From Setoptus koraiensis (taxonomy: Eukaryota > Animalia > Arthropoda), in contig CM106586.1 of assembly GCA_048013815.1 (NCBI GenBank), positions 13,020,001 through 13,084,000 on the forward strand: a stretch of 64,000 nt of DNA. The letters are read 5' to 3'. The notes under the pieces are model-generated. The model had not been told where the DNA came from. It saw nothing but the letters and a program-made list of their open reading frames with translations, and searched no databases. The position numbers and the translations under genes are program-made. Shown here in pieces: positions 1-12,300 of this stretch. The number at the start of each line of letters is the position of its first letter. The stretch's first letter is position 1.

Positions 1-159
1 CTTGTCCATGTCGGGATTTTTCACCAGGGAGGCAAGTGTCAATACGGTACACGTCAGCTTGAAGATGAGCTCCAGATGTAAGTATAAGGTGTAAGATTCT
101 TTCAATTCGTTCCATTCAGAGCATGCTATCGTTATCATTTTAATCAGCGTAGAAAAGCG

Positions 160-880
160 ACCCTTCTTGGTCGATTTTCTAACCGTCGCTCTCCCTTCGG
201 CTCACCTCTCCAAATCACCCGGGGCTCTATTCCTTAAATCAAATGTTCAACATTGTTAGTGCTCCTAAACGAAAGCCACGGGGCTTGCTGCGCATCTTTA
301 ATCGAGCTGGCTCGAGATCGATCAAAAGTTTTCGACAAAGAGAAATTGTTAAGACAAGCAGATATTTTTTAACGATTCATTTTGTGATTTTTATTGTGAA
401 CATGAAAACAATATTCAACAACTGTTTGCATCGATTGGAATCGGCATACATTGTGTAGGGATAGTGGATAATCGTTGCCCAACTATCATACAGCATCATT
501 GTCGATTGTTTCAAAGTCCGGGGATTGGTATCCGCTTATTCTCTTGGAGTGCCTCTCTTGGCCTCAACTGATGCACTACCTGCAAGTGCAAGCATTGCCA
601 TAACGACCAAACTGGCGATGATTTTAACGTTGACCTTCATTTTTGCTGATTGATTTTTGTTGCTTGTTAAGCTTGATTGTAATTAGTTGATTAATAGTTG
701 GTTTTTTATTTTATTGAACTGGATGGAGAGAACACAATATGCTGTCCCTTATATACTGCGACGTGTCTAACGACCCGTGGTACTGTTTACTGGCTCGATA
801 TTCTAGCCTCATATTCTGTCAACAGACAGAAAATGTCATCAATAGATCAAGCCTGTTTATTTGTTCGCTCTACTTAATAG
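160..880. repeat. Copy 1 of a ~720-bp direct duplication (copy 2 at ~2037-2758, offset 1877)
   Basis: The two stretches align almost base for base (e.g. cttggtcgattttctaaccgtcgctctccc ... gttcgctc[t/c]acttaatag) with scattered substitutions. Weaker homology continues at 989-1048 vs 2769-2827. Confidence 0.95.
536..640 (-). CDS. Putative 34-aa secreted micropeptide MKVNVKIIASLVVMAMLALAGSASVEAKRGTPRE (copy 1)
   Basis: Hand translation; below the ORF-track cutoff. It has a basic N-terminus, a hydrophobic core and a VEA cleavage-like site. Context: A-rich Kozak (gcaaaaATG), TATATAA at 749-755, Inr-like CCAGTT about 30 nt downstream of the TATA, AATAAA at 390-395. Confidence 0.55.
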   Translation of the reverse strand: MKVNVKIIASLVVMAMLALAGSASVEAKRGTPRE

Positions 881-1294
881 CAATGAACTTAAGGGGGTAA
901 TATAGTCAGTCATCTCATCTATCTTCAAAGCTGGATTGCAACCTTGAAGCTTTGCAACAACAACTAAAATTTATCCACTAGTTCCGACAGCATTTGTAGT
1001 CAAAGTTTGTTTGTTTGTTTCTGTTTTCATTGCAATGGTAACTAGTCTCGCTTACGCCAATCTACAATGATGCATTATTACATGACTCAATATTGCATAT
1101 TTTTTTACAATTGCTGGAGATTTCCGATAGCATTGAGACAACGCAACACTTTTCGCGTCACTCGGTATAGTCGACGTGCCATCAAATGATTTCGCTCGTG
1201 AAAGTGAATTTTCGACCTCAATTCTATCAGGTTTCGTTGCATTTATAACTGATCTACTGGATAAACCTTAGCGTATGACTGATTGGAGATGCCG

Positions 1295-1762
1295 ATATTG
1301 AGAGGTGAAAAAACATTTTGCACTAACTATGGTTAGAAGTCGGCATATTTGTTCACTTTTCGAATGAATCGCAAAATTTATAGAGCAGTCCCCCGACAAT
1401 GGCAGGCCGAGTTTGAGTACAGTTCGCCATCATAACCCGTTGCACGATGATAACTGGTGTAACAATATTGTAACATAGCTGCGCAACGACTGTTCTCCAA
1501 CAAGATTGATTTATTCTCGTCGCTCTCGCTACCAGCCACCAGAATTCTTGGTTTGTTTGTATTGCCGAGTTTGTATTTTGTACCAACTACTTGCGTGTGG
1601 ATATTGAAAGGTGAAAAAACATTTTGCACCTACCGTGGTTAGAACCATGGTTGTTCTTTTTCCGAATGGATCGCAAAATTTATAGAGCGATCTCCCGACA
1701 ACGAATAGACGATCGTAAGCCAAGTTTGAATACAGTTTGACATCACAACCCGTTGTATGGTG
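1295..1762. repeat. Degenerate ~170-bp direct repeat pair (about 1295-1452 and 1601-1762)
   Basis: Shared blocks gatattga[g/a]aggtgaaaaaacattttgcac, cgaatg[a/g]atcgcaaaatttatagagc and catca[t/c]aacccgttg. Confidence 0.8.
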
Positions 1763-2412
1763 AAATAATTGCTTGTTTTATTCAAATACATAGTATATAC
1801 TAGTTGACATTAGCAGTTGGTCATCGTTGCTCGACATTATACATTAGGATTAGACACAAACATACAATTCAGGAGATCGCATTTACACAGATTATCTAAT
1901 AATAATCAGATATATCGTTTGATTTGTTTGTTCGCTTTGTGTATGTATGCGTATATTTATATTCGCAAAACTGATTTTCCTTTCTTAGCACTGAGAAGTT
2001 ATGGTTGTGGGTATCGCTAGGTAGACTGGCAAGCTGACCCCTCTTGGTCGATTTTCTAACCGTCGCTCTCCCTTTGGCTCACCTCTCCAAATCACCCGAG
2101 GCTCTATTCCTTAAATCAAATATTCAACATTGGTAGTGCTACTAAACGAAAGCCAGGGGAGTTGCAGCGCATCTTGAATCGAGATGGCTCGAGATCGATC
2201 AAAAGTTTCCGACAAAGAGAAATTGTTAAGACAAGCAGATATTTTTTATCGATTCATTTTGTGATTTTTATTGTGAACATGAAAACAATATTCAACAACT
2301 GTTTGCATCGATTGGAATCGGCATACATTGTGTAGGGATAGTGGATACTTGTTGCCCAACTATCATACAGCATCATTGTCGATTGTTTCAAAGTCCGGGG
2401 ATTGGTATCCGC

Positions 2413-2517
2413 TTATTCTCTTGGAGTGCCTCTCTTGGCCTCAACTGATGCACTACCTGCAAGTGCAAGCATTGCCATAACGACCAAGCTGGCGATGATT
2501 TTAACGTTGACCTTCAT
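2413..2517 (-). CDS. Putative 34-aa secreted micropeptide (copy 2)
   Basis: Same peptide as copy 1. The only difference I see in the ORF is synonymous (AGT vs AGC, Ser10). TATA and polyA signals are also conserved. Confidence 0.55.
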   Translation of the reverse strand: MKVNVKIIASLVVMAMLALAGSASVEAKRGTPRE

Positions 2518-3735
2518 TTTTGCTGATTGATTTTTGTTGCTTGTTAAGCTTGATTGTAATTAGTCGATTAATAGTTGGTTTTTTGATTGGATTGAACTGG
2601 ATGGAGAGAACACAATATGCTGTCCCTTATATACTGCGACGTCTCTAACGACTCATGATACTGTTTACTGGCTCGATATTCTAGCCTCATATTCTGTCAA
2701 CAGACAGGAAATGTCATCAATAGATCAAGCCTGTTTATTTGTTCGCTCCACTTAATAGAAGTTCTTTTAGCATTTGTAGACGAAGTTTGTTTATTTGTTG
2801 CTGTCTTTGTTTCTATGGCAACTAGTCACAACAGGTGGTTTTTTTGCTTGGATGGGGTGGCAATAATATCTCGTATTGGCCTTTGTCCACGATTGAAACA
2901 ATCAATATTATCAGTAAATACCACGTATGTATTGTATAAGTAATTAGATATATATGCAGCACAAATATTTGCCATATCTGGCACAAATGAGTTGAGAAAC
3001 GCAAACAATATAAGAGTTGTTTATCTGCCCCATTCGAAATGACATTTCGACACCTTACAACAACAATCATGATCGATTGCTGTCAGGTGCCAGGCTGGCT
3101 CTTCAGTATGTCAATGATGGGCCGGTTGATTCTAGTTGTTCTAGAATTGCCCAAGATAATGTCGTCATGATTGTAACCAGGCAGCACAATATCCCTAAAG
3201 AGTGAAACTCTAGTGATATCAATGATGATAATGTTGGCGTCATGAAATGCAAGTTGATCAAAAAGTTAGCAGGGTGAAGAGAGAAAGCGCCAAAGTATCG
3301 TCTCTATAGCGACACAAGCAGGCTCACCTCTCAAAGATCTTATTAGATGGTGGTAGAAAAAAAATTGTCGGGCGAACGAATCAGCGCTATTGTTGTGAGA
3401 TTGAGGCACTTCAAGTCATAATGTCTACTGTCGTTGCGATTGGATTGGTGCACTTTCAACGAGTTATCAGTGAACATTTCGAATCGGCCAGTGAGACTAA
3501 TCTGGCCAAAATGAGCTAGCGACTTTAGGCTGGTCTGTTGCATCCTATGCGCAAACAAGTTGTCACTCTGTTTTAAAGTTTAGGGATGAAGTTTATGATC
3601 AATGCACAAATAAACTCACTAAATCATCTATGTGATTAGCTACTGCACAAACTGTAACATGTGCCAGACTTACCAGCGATGTTTCTCGACGGTCAAAGCC
3701 CAATGATCGGCATATGAGCTCGTTTATCAATGGCA

Positions 3736-4235
3736 NNNNNNNNNNNNNNNNNNNNNNNNNNNNNNNNNNNNNNNNNNNNNNNNNNNNNNNNNNNNNNNNN
3801 NNNNNNNNNNNNNNNNNNNNNNNNNNNNNNNNNNNNNNNNNNNNNNNNNNNNNNNNNNNNNNNNNNNNNNNNNNNNNNNNNNNNNNNNNNNNNNNNNNNN
3901 NNNNNNNNNNNNNNNNNNNNNNNNNNNNNNNNNNNNNNNNNNNNNNNNNNNNNNNNNNNNNNNNNNNNNNNNNNNNNNNNNNNNNNNNNNNNNNNNNNNN
4001 NNNNNNNNNNNNNNNNNNNNNNNNNNNNNNNNNNNNNNNNNNNNNNNNNNNNNNNNNNNNNNNNNNNNNNNNNNNNNNNNNNNNNNNNNNNNNNNNNNNN
4101 NNNNNNNNNNNNNNNNNNNNNNNNNNNNNNNNNNNNNNNNNNNNNNNNNNNNNNNNNNNNNNNNNNNNNNNNNNNNNNNNNNNNNNNNNNNNNNNNNNNN
4201 NNNNNNNNNNNNNNNNNNNNNNNNNNNNNNNNNNN
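3736..4235. other. Assembly gap (500 N)
   Basis: Run of N directly abutting the TTCGAA repeat block. Confidence 1.
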
Positions 4236-4830
4236 TTTTCGAATTTCGAAATTCGAAGTTCGAATTGTGACCATCGAACATCGAACTCTGACCATCGAAC
4301 TCCGACAATGCAGCTGAAACTATCATTGAGAATTCAAATTTTCAATTTTCGAAGTTCGAAGTTCGAATTGTATTCATCGAATTGTGACTATCGAACATCG
4401 AACTCTGACCATCGAACATCGAACGAGCGGCTGTAACTCTTATCAGAAATCTGAATTTTCAATTTCGAAGTTCGAAGTTCGAATTGCGACCATCGAATTG
4501 TGACCACCGAACTCTGACCATCGAACATCAAACGAGCAGATGAAATTCTTATAAGAAATTCGAATTTTCAATTTTGAAGTTCGATTTGTCACCACCGAAC
4601 TCCGCACAAATGTGACCTAGTCAAATCTCAATAGAATTGCATACAAAATATTTTCGAGTGAAGCGATCATAGACCAAGTCGAATCTACATAGGAATACAT
4701 GTGTTATGTCTAGCAGGATTCTCACAAATTTGACTAAGTCAAACCTCCATAGGATTACATAGTCACGTGAATAAACGTATCCAACATCACTACCCCAGTA
4801 GCTACTTAATTAAAATTAAGCGCTAAAAAT
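4236..4830 (+). repeat. TTCGAA/TGACCATCGAAC-rich tandem repeat (~120-bp units) plus ~230-bp tail, block 1
   Basis: Recurring tcgaattgtgaccatcgaac...tcgaacgagc...gaaattcgaattttcaatt units. The tail (4620-4830) recurs at 7150-7358. Confidence 0.9.
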
Positions 4831-6302
4831 CAGTATTACTTGTTCTAATTATCTCTATCTTTGGTGGGGGGTGTGTGTGGTTTTTTTCATTTTTGGTCAT
4901 CGGCGTTCAATTTGATTCCGTTGTATTATATATCATTCAGAAGCTCTTTTATAGGAGTATTTTTATGAGCTGTCGAATCTCTGGGCGGACATTCTTGGGG
5001 CCCCACAAAATCGGGCCAAAGTTTTCCTTTGAATTTTTTTTGGACTTGGATTCGAGTCTTGGGAAAAATCATACTCTCTAAAGACGCATCTCCCAAAGAT
5101 CTATTCAACGAAACCAAGAACGTGTCTCTATGACAAAGGACTGGGGCCCCGGAGGCCCCCAAAGCGAAAAACAGCAAAGCCGCCTACTGGCTAAACGTCG
5201 TACTAAAGGATGATGCAACTGGTATATTCGTGATCAGAAGGCTTTGGGGCTTCTTTAGAAAGACGACACACCCCAATTTGGGTATTTTGGGTATTATCGG
5301 GAAGGGTATGATGCCCTGATACCGGAATGGGTATTCCGGAAGTGCGGAAATGTCCTGTACCCGAGATACCCGAGGTACCGCATTCTGGGTATTCGAGGGT
5401 ATTTGAGGGCACATTGACGGTATAATCGGCCGTACCCACCCGCACGGACATCGGGTAGGGTACCAACGTCTTCATTCCGAGGGTAGATTGCACCTAGAAG
5501 CCCCAGAAGCAGAATAAAATCAGTTCAACTCAAGAGGCGTGACCAATAGATGCGGCGCGGAGCGGAACTGCGCCCGCAGATAGTGCGACCACACACCGAG
5601 TCCTTGCGCGTGCATAATTACTTTTTGCTACCAGTTGCGCGTGCTTTATTCATGCTTTCATTCCAGGCCGGAGGAGGGGTTCGGCCTCCAGTCGTCCACG
5701 CCTACGGCCTGCGGCCTCCGGCGGGACGACTGACGGCCACCAAACCAAAAAAGATTCTTCCCGAGGACTGGGAGTCGAGTGGGCGGGGCCCGCGATCGGA
5801 CCGGGTTTCGTTCATTCTTGTGTATGAGTTGCAATCCTTATCTAGCAAAAGAGCCGACCAAACCAGACTAAGTGCGATATTTCTCAAACCGGAAGTGACT
5901 GATGAGGTAATTAATGAATATCCAGCGAACCGGCTGTCACTCATCTTGATATTGACAACAATCACAATGCTCCTATCGAGATCTATACAGACATGCAGAA
6001 ATTTCAGGTCTGAGGCTCCTCTGAGGCCCGAAAAATGCATTTTTCTATATTTCCGGAAGTAGGAATTTCCGCACTTCCGGACTATCGAAAACGTTCTTTG
6101 GGGCCCCTTAAGGGCCCATGTGTTGAGTTTCATCGAAATCGGAGTGTGTCGTCTTTCTAAAGAACACCCAAGGCTTTTCCGATCACGAAAATACTATATT
6201 CATGTATGTCAGACCAGTTTGATTCTGGAGACCCTAAATGCAAGAGGTCCTTTTAATTAAGTAGCTATTGATGTTGGTCGGATGGATACGTTTATTCACG
6301 TG
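4764..6302. mobile_element. Non-autonomous DNA-transposon-like insertion with imperfect terminal and internal inverted repeats and a GC-rich core
   Basis: Inverted repeats at 4764-4815 vs 6251-6302 and at 5228-5270 vs 6145-6188. GC-rich hairpins at 5666-5730. No transposase ORF or clear target-site duplication seen. Confidence 0.5.
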
Positions 6303-6639
6303 GGTTGAACAAATCAGTGCTTTTTTTATCTAGAAACAAGTGATACTGATTCTATCAGTATCTCGAGCGCTTAATTTTTTGGATAGACGAGTATCGTTGG
6401 AATATTAATGCGAATATGTGACAACATGTCGTAGATAAGCATCTATGCCTGTCAGATCAGAGTAGCCGAAAAGATGACAGAATAATTATAAGTTCTCCAA
6501 ATTTCTATCGCAGCATGCTACACATGTTGATTGCTTGCGTACAAAATTGATCAAGATTCTAATGGTCAGTTTCGTCACAATAAGAAATTAAGTTAGACAC
6601 ACCAATTGGTCAATGGCGCACACTGTGTTATAGTGCATC

Positions 6640-7358
6640 AATTTCAAATTTCGAAGTTCGAATTGTGACCATCGAACACTGACCATCAAACTCTGACCAT
6701 CGAACTCTGACCATCGAACATCGAACGAGCAGATGAAACTCTCATCAGGAATTAGAATTTTCAATTTTCGAATTTCGAATTGTGACCATCGAACACTGAC
6801 CATCGAACATCGAACGAGCAGCTGTAACTCTTATCACAAATTCGAATTTTCAATTTTGAATTTCGAATTTCGAATTTCGAATTTCGAATTTCGAATTTCG
6901 AATTTCGAAGTTCGAATTGTCACCACAGAACTCTGACCACGGAACACTGACCATCGAACATCGAACGAGCAGATGAAACTCTCATCAGAAATTCGAATTT
7001 TCAATTTTCGAATTTCGAATTGAGACCATCGAACACTGACCATCGAAGTCTGACAATGCAGCTGAAACTATCATCAGAAATTCGAATTTTCAATTTCGGA
7101 TTTCGAAGTTCGAATTGTCACCACCGAACTTCTCACAAATTTGACCAAGTCAAATCTCCATAGGTTTGCATACGAAATGTTTTCGAGTGAAGCGATAATA
7201 GACTAAGTCGAATCTGCATAGGAATACATGTGTAATGTCTAGCAGGATTCTCACAAATTTGACTAAGTCGAACCTCCATAGGATTACATAGTCACGTGAA
7301 TAGATTAGCAATAAACATCAAACCAATAGCAACTTAATTAAAATTAAGCGCTAAAAAA
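6640..7358 (+). repeat. TTCGAA-rich tandem repeat block 2 with a (TTTCGAA)n run at ~6860-6910 and the same tail as block 1
   Basis: Same units and tail as 4236-4830, same orientation. Confidence 0.9.
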
Positions 7359-7773
7359 AGCACGGTGAAGGCTGTACTTTGAGGAACAAGGTGAAAGTTC
7401 GAGAAGAACTCAAAGTTCTCAACTAGAAGTAGAAGAAATGGGGTGATATACATCGAGGTGCTCTCGTGCGGCGCGCGCATCTCTCTCGAAAAGAAATGGT
7501 TGGTTGCGAACGCTGCACTTCTTGCGGCGCTCCGTCGCAATCGCGAGTTCGCGATTCTCGCAACTTGCGACGAACTTGCCATTCGAAGCAACAAACGATG
7601 ATTGTCCACACCATTCGGGTCTCTGTCTATCGGTGGCGTGCGTTCGTGTTGCTGCCGGCCGTAAGCCGCGACGAGAGTCTCTAATAGAATGGACAGCGAT
7701 GGGTAGGGGAGATTGTAATCAGCAGCAAATATCAGAGCAGCAATCTCTTGGCTCTTGGGCCATCAGATACAAA

Positions 7774-7776
<3 letters not shown>

Positions 7777-7802
<26 letters not shown>
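7777..7802. repeat. (AG)n microsatellite; a second one at 9316-9350
   Basis: Direct inspection. Confidence 0.95.
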
Positions 7803-7807
<5 letters not shown>

Positions 7808-9314
7808 TCACAAAGAATAGCACAAGTGATTCGTTGCTTGCTGTCGGCCGGCCAGTCGCTATTGCCAGTTGGTAATTGTACACTGGACACAAACACGACC
7901 AACATGAAAACCTGTTGAGCTAGCGCTGGCAAACAAACAGGCGCTCCGACCAAATCGCCTCCCATTTTCGAATGGGTACTTATTTCGGGTTGGCATGAAC
8001 AGCGCCACGCCATGGTATGATGGTACCCGGCCGCTGCTAGGCTGCTAGCAACAATACCGACGGGCATAATTGGTAACTTGCACGCCTAGCACATCAAACA
8101 CGCCCTTTTCTCGTGCAACCACCTAGAGCAATTTAGCAATTTTACATGGATTCTAGAGAAGAAAAAAAAAACGATGCCAATGGTCGCCCCCGAGAGTCGA
8201 CTGGCCGTTGGGCGTGCTCATTTAACCGTCGGTTGCTGGCCCATTGGCAGTGCGGCTCGATTGGCTTCGAAAAGACAGGGTGCGGGTCTCGTAGCGACCG
8301 AATCTTTGTGCTTTCGCCACCAGATCTCACAACTGACCGATAGTTTTCGGCACCAATTGTCAATTGCAGTTTCAATCACGTGCCTCGCATCTCTGCAGGC
8401 CAGCATTGCGAGCACTGCAAGTGGTGGCGATGCCGGCCAAGAACTGGCTGTGACGCAACGTCCCCGTCTACAATATAGTATACATATATGCAGTTTGTAC
8501 TGTGTGTATGCATATAATCGCATCTCTGGCCATCGCTTGTCAGTGTCGTGATTTGAGTCTGCGACCGGCGCTTGTAATGAGCTCGTGCCGCCGCTGCCAC
8601 AGTGTCCCACTGAGAAGCCGTTGTGTCGCAACCGGCCATGGCTGGCATTTCGCGACCGGCCGGCGACCGGCCGGCAACCAGCGCGAGGGCCGCAGCGCGA
8701 GGGCCAACACGACTAGAGGGCTCTCAATCTTCGTCAAGTGGTGCGTGTTGCCCGATTGGCAACTCTGCGAACCAACGACAAAGAGCGCACAATGGTGCAC
8801 AATGAAAGAAATTCGAAAGAAATTCGCTCGCGCATTCGAAAGAAGTTCGCTCGCAAATTCGAAAGAAACTCGGACGAAAAGAATAATGACTATAACTGTG
8901 AGCCAGCACAACACAAAGGGCCGGCTTCTTCTTGTTGTTGTTGCTCGTTTTCTTCAATATTCTCGTCGTGTTGTCTCTCGCTGGGTCGTGTTCTCATTAG
9001 AGCCGGCCATGCTTGCTCGCGTCCAATCAATCGCTCGCGTTGCGCCCTCTCTCTCGAAGGCCCACACTGCACCACTGTGGCCGGCCTTGCAACTTGCAAG
9101 CTCGGACCAACGCCACTCGACTTGCTGCTGTAAGCACCATTAACGGCCGGCAATAAAATCAAGTGCTCCAACCAGCAAGTGATGCAACCTGCCAACGGCA
9201 CAAGCATCGCTCGATGTTGCACTGGTGCGCCGATGCAGCAGCGTCCGCTCCGTTCGGGATAAATTCGCGGCCAATAATACTCTACAGGCAACGAATCGGG
9301 TCTGGTCTACTGTT

Positions 9315-9355
<41 letters not shown>

Positions 9356-12300
9356 GAGAATAATTTATTCGCCGTGCTGCCCGGCTATATAAATTGCGTA
9401 TCGGGCATGGTGTGGAGATCGTTCTCCATCACGCCGGCCAGCGCATGCCGGCTCGCACTGGCCGGCGTGCATCATCTGCCCTGGACACGCCAGTGGGATG
9501 GCCGGCGCACCAAGTCGTACAATACAATATAGCCGGGCGGGTTCGTTCGTCCGCTTCGCGATTCGGATGTCGAATTTGGACGTTCGGCGTTCGAACTCGG
9601 ACGTTGGACGTTCGACTTTGGACGTTCGACGTTGCAGGCTCGAATGGAGCGGGTCGCCCCGATTGAGAGCGGCCGAGTGAGTCGACAATTCACGGCCATC
9701 ACCTAGCGCGCTGATTGAGCATAGCAGTGAAGCACCATTAGTTTCGTCGGTCGCGCCATAATTATTATCGTTATTGTTCGCCTTGTGTCTGTGAGGCGAT
9801 CTTTGTGATTAAAAGAAGCCCAGGCACACTTGTTGCTGTTTTGCCTGCCGGCCTGTGAGTCGACGGGCGGGTGCCGGCCGACCAACACGCTCTTACGCAC
9901 CGGTCAGCACGGGCCCAACTAATAATAACAACTGATGGGCGCTCGTTCGCTGCCTGTTTGACTTCACCAGGTGAGCTGGACGCAAATTGGCAGCTAGCGT
10001 GCCGCTCCAATTGCCGCTACACTGTGACCATCATCGTTGGACATTGTGTGTCGACCAGCGTTTCCATTGTATGGTCACACAATATACAATATGTATAATA
10101 TGTATATGGTATGACAAACTGACCCATGGCATGACATTCCTGGCCTCTAGTTGCACCAACGACGCCATTTCTGCCGCCGACGCGCCACGCACAATATCCC
10201 GGCCCCACATGCTCGATAAAAAGCGATTCGTGTGTACGGGGGACGAACCAAGTGAGCGTGGTAATTTATTTATTTATATTCAAATGCACGCCAGTGCAAC
10301 AAACTGACTGCGACTTTGCCTGGGAGGACGAATCTTGAATACGTGACAGGCGAACATTGTTGTGTTTTAGTGAGCCGAGACGATTTGCATACGAGTCGGA
10401 TGAATAATTGCCGCCAGCTCTCTTGCTCTCTCTCCCTTTTAATGGCCATGTGACGGGCATATGCTCCCTGCGAATATGTGCAATACGCGGCCTTGTCAAC
10501 CAGAAAAATTGCGCACCTCCATGAGCAGAGGCATCCGTGGAGGGTATTCTGGTGGCTGGCAACAACAAGAGGCACGCAATAACTTGTTGCTGTTCGCGAC
10601 CCATCGGCGACAATGGTCGATCGGTAACGGGCCCCAATGGCTCACTGCCAACAAGAATGTCCGACGAGTGAGGCCGCTGTAAGAGTTGAGGCGAGGGGCG
10701 AGCGCGAAATGCGACTAGGCGGCTGCTGGTAGCACTGCAAAATGGATATAGTGGAGCCAACGATAATGGGAATAAAAATAAAATAAAAAGTCGACGCTAA
10801 TGATTGTAGCCGGCTTTCGTGCGCCCCCGTGCCTGGCTGGCTGGCTGTTGCTGGCAATGTTGTTGCCGACAACTCAATTAAGACAGCGGCCTCTATCTCG
10901 CTGGGATTGAAAAAAGGCGATAAGTAAAAATAAGTTGGGGTAGCTACGAGTTTAGCGTACGAGTCAGAGCGAGCCAGTCAGCCAGTCAGTCAGCCAGCCA
11001 GCCAGAGAGCGAGAAGGCAAAAAAGGATAATAACAGGGAAACAGCATGATGGTTGCAATTGCGATTGTGAGTGCCAGCGCAAATGTGATGCAATTGCGAC
11101 TCGCATTCAATTCAACTTTTCAACTTTGGATTGCGACTGCGACGGCAACTGCTACGTTCGGCTCTGACTTACACTTTGACTTTCTGAGTTTGGCTTTGCC
11201 TGTTTGGAATTAAACTGCTCGCAAGCCAGCTTCAACTTTTGCCCAACATGAAATTTGCCTTTGCCATTTCCAGTGAATTGAGCCTATTATTTGCTGGCAT
11301 GGCTGTCGTCGTTAGCCAGCCAGCAAACCAGCCAGATTATTCGTGTTTGGATTTCTTTGGCTGCTTGCTCGGCTGGCTGGATGGCTGGCTGGCTGGCGAA
11401 CAACTGGGCAGAGTTGGCAAGCGCCAGCCAGCGATAAAAAGCCGGCCAGAGCTCGTTTCGAAAGCGATTGTGCCAACATACGAATGAGCCAACAACAACA
11501 TCCACGGCAACACAGTCTCTGGCCGTGTGTTTCCACCGGCTCCGACTTGCACAGAATTATCGCCCGAATAATGCATGCGAGCGCCGTTCGAACGCTCTTC
11601 GAATGCTGCTCGAACGCTGTTCGAATAGCGTGTGTGTAATGATAATGATCATGAAAGTAAATTGTGTGTCGCTGCAGCGACAGCCAGCGACTCGCGAAGC
11701 TTTGTTGCGACTCAGAACTCATTACTCCCACCATCGCCGGCAACGGCAACCTGTTGCAGCCGGCCTGGCGTGTCTGCCGGTCCGCCAGCCAGCCAGCCGA
11801 TGAGCCAGCCAGCCGGCGAGCCGGCCAGCCAGTCAGTCGCTTGGTTGCGCCCGATGAGCAAACTGCCTACGGCTGTGGCCGGCCGAAGCTTCGCTACCTG
11901 TCCGCTGGCCGGCCGTCTCCAGTCGCTAGAGACTAGTGCGACTTGAGCGCCGGACTTAAGTCGCAAGTTGGTCGGTTTATGCGTTGTCGGCAGTTTCAAA
12001 TCGCCGTAATTGCCAGCGCCATTCGCCGCTTGCAACAGATAAAAGTTGGCAGCGAAACTTTCATCTGCAGATTTGTTGCAGTCTCGTTTGTGGGGGCGTC
12101 AGCGGCTCAGCTCATCAATCATGCCTGCATTAATGGAGCTAACAGAGGGGGCAGGCAGGCAGACCAGGTAGAGGCCAACCGTCGGCGCTGACAAGTCGCT
12201 TTCTCGGCTTGTGATCGGCTTGCGATCAGCTGAGCTTAGCGCTGCGCTTCGAAGCCACTCCTCGCCAGTAGACAAACAATAGATAAATAAAAGGAAAATA

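Noticed and set aside
3017-3558. Short ORFs before the gap
   Set aside because: Non-ATG starts, no motifs, no supporting splice or promoter signals.
3693-4436. Long ORFs in the track spanning the gap
   Set aside because: Artefacts of translating N.
6858-6915. (TTTCGAA)n run as heat-shock elements
   Set aside because: HSEs need nGAAnnTTCn spacing. Here GAA-TTC spacing is 1 and TTC-GAA spacing is 0, and the run is part of a satellite.
4236-7135. CRISPR-like repeat array
   Set aside because: Eukaryotic context, no unique spacers, no cas genes; the units are degenerate tandem repeats.
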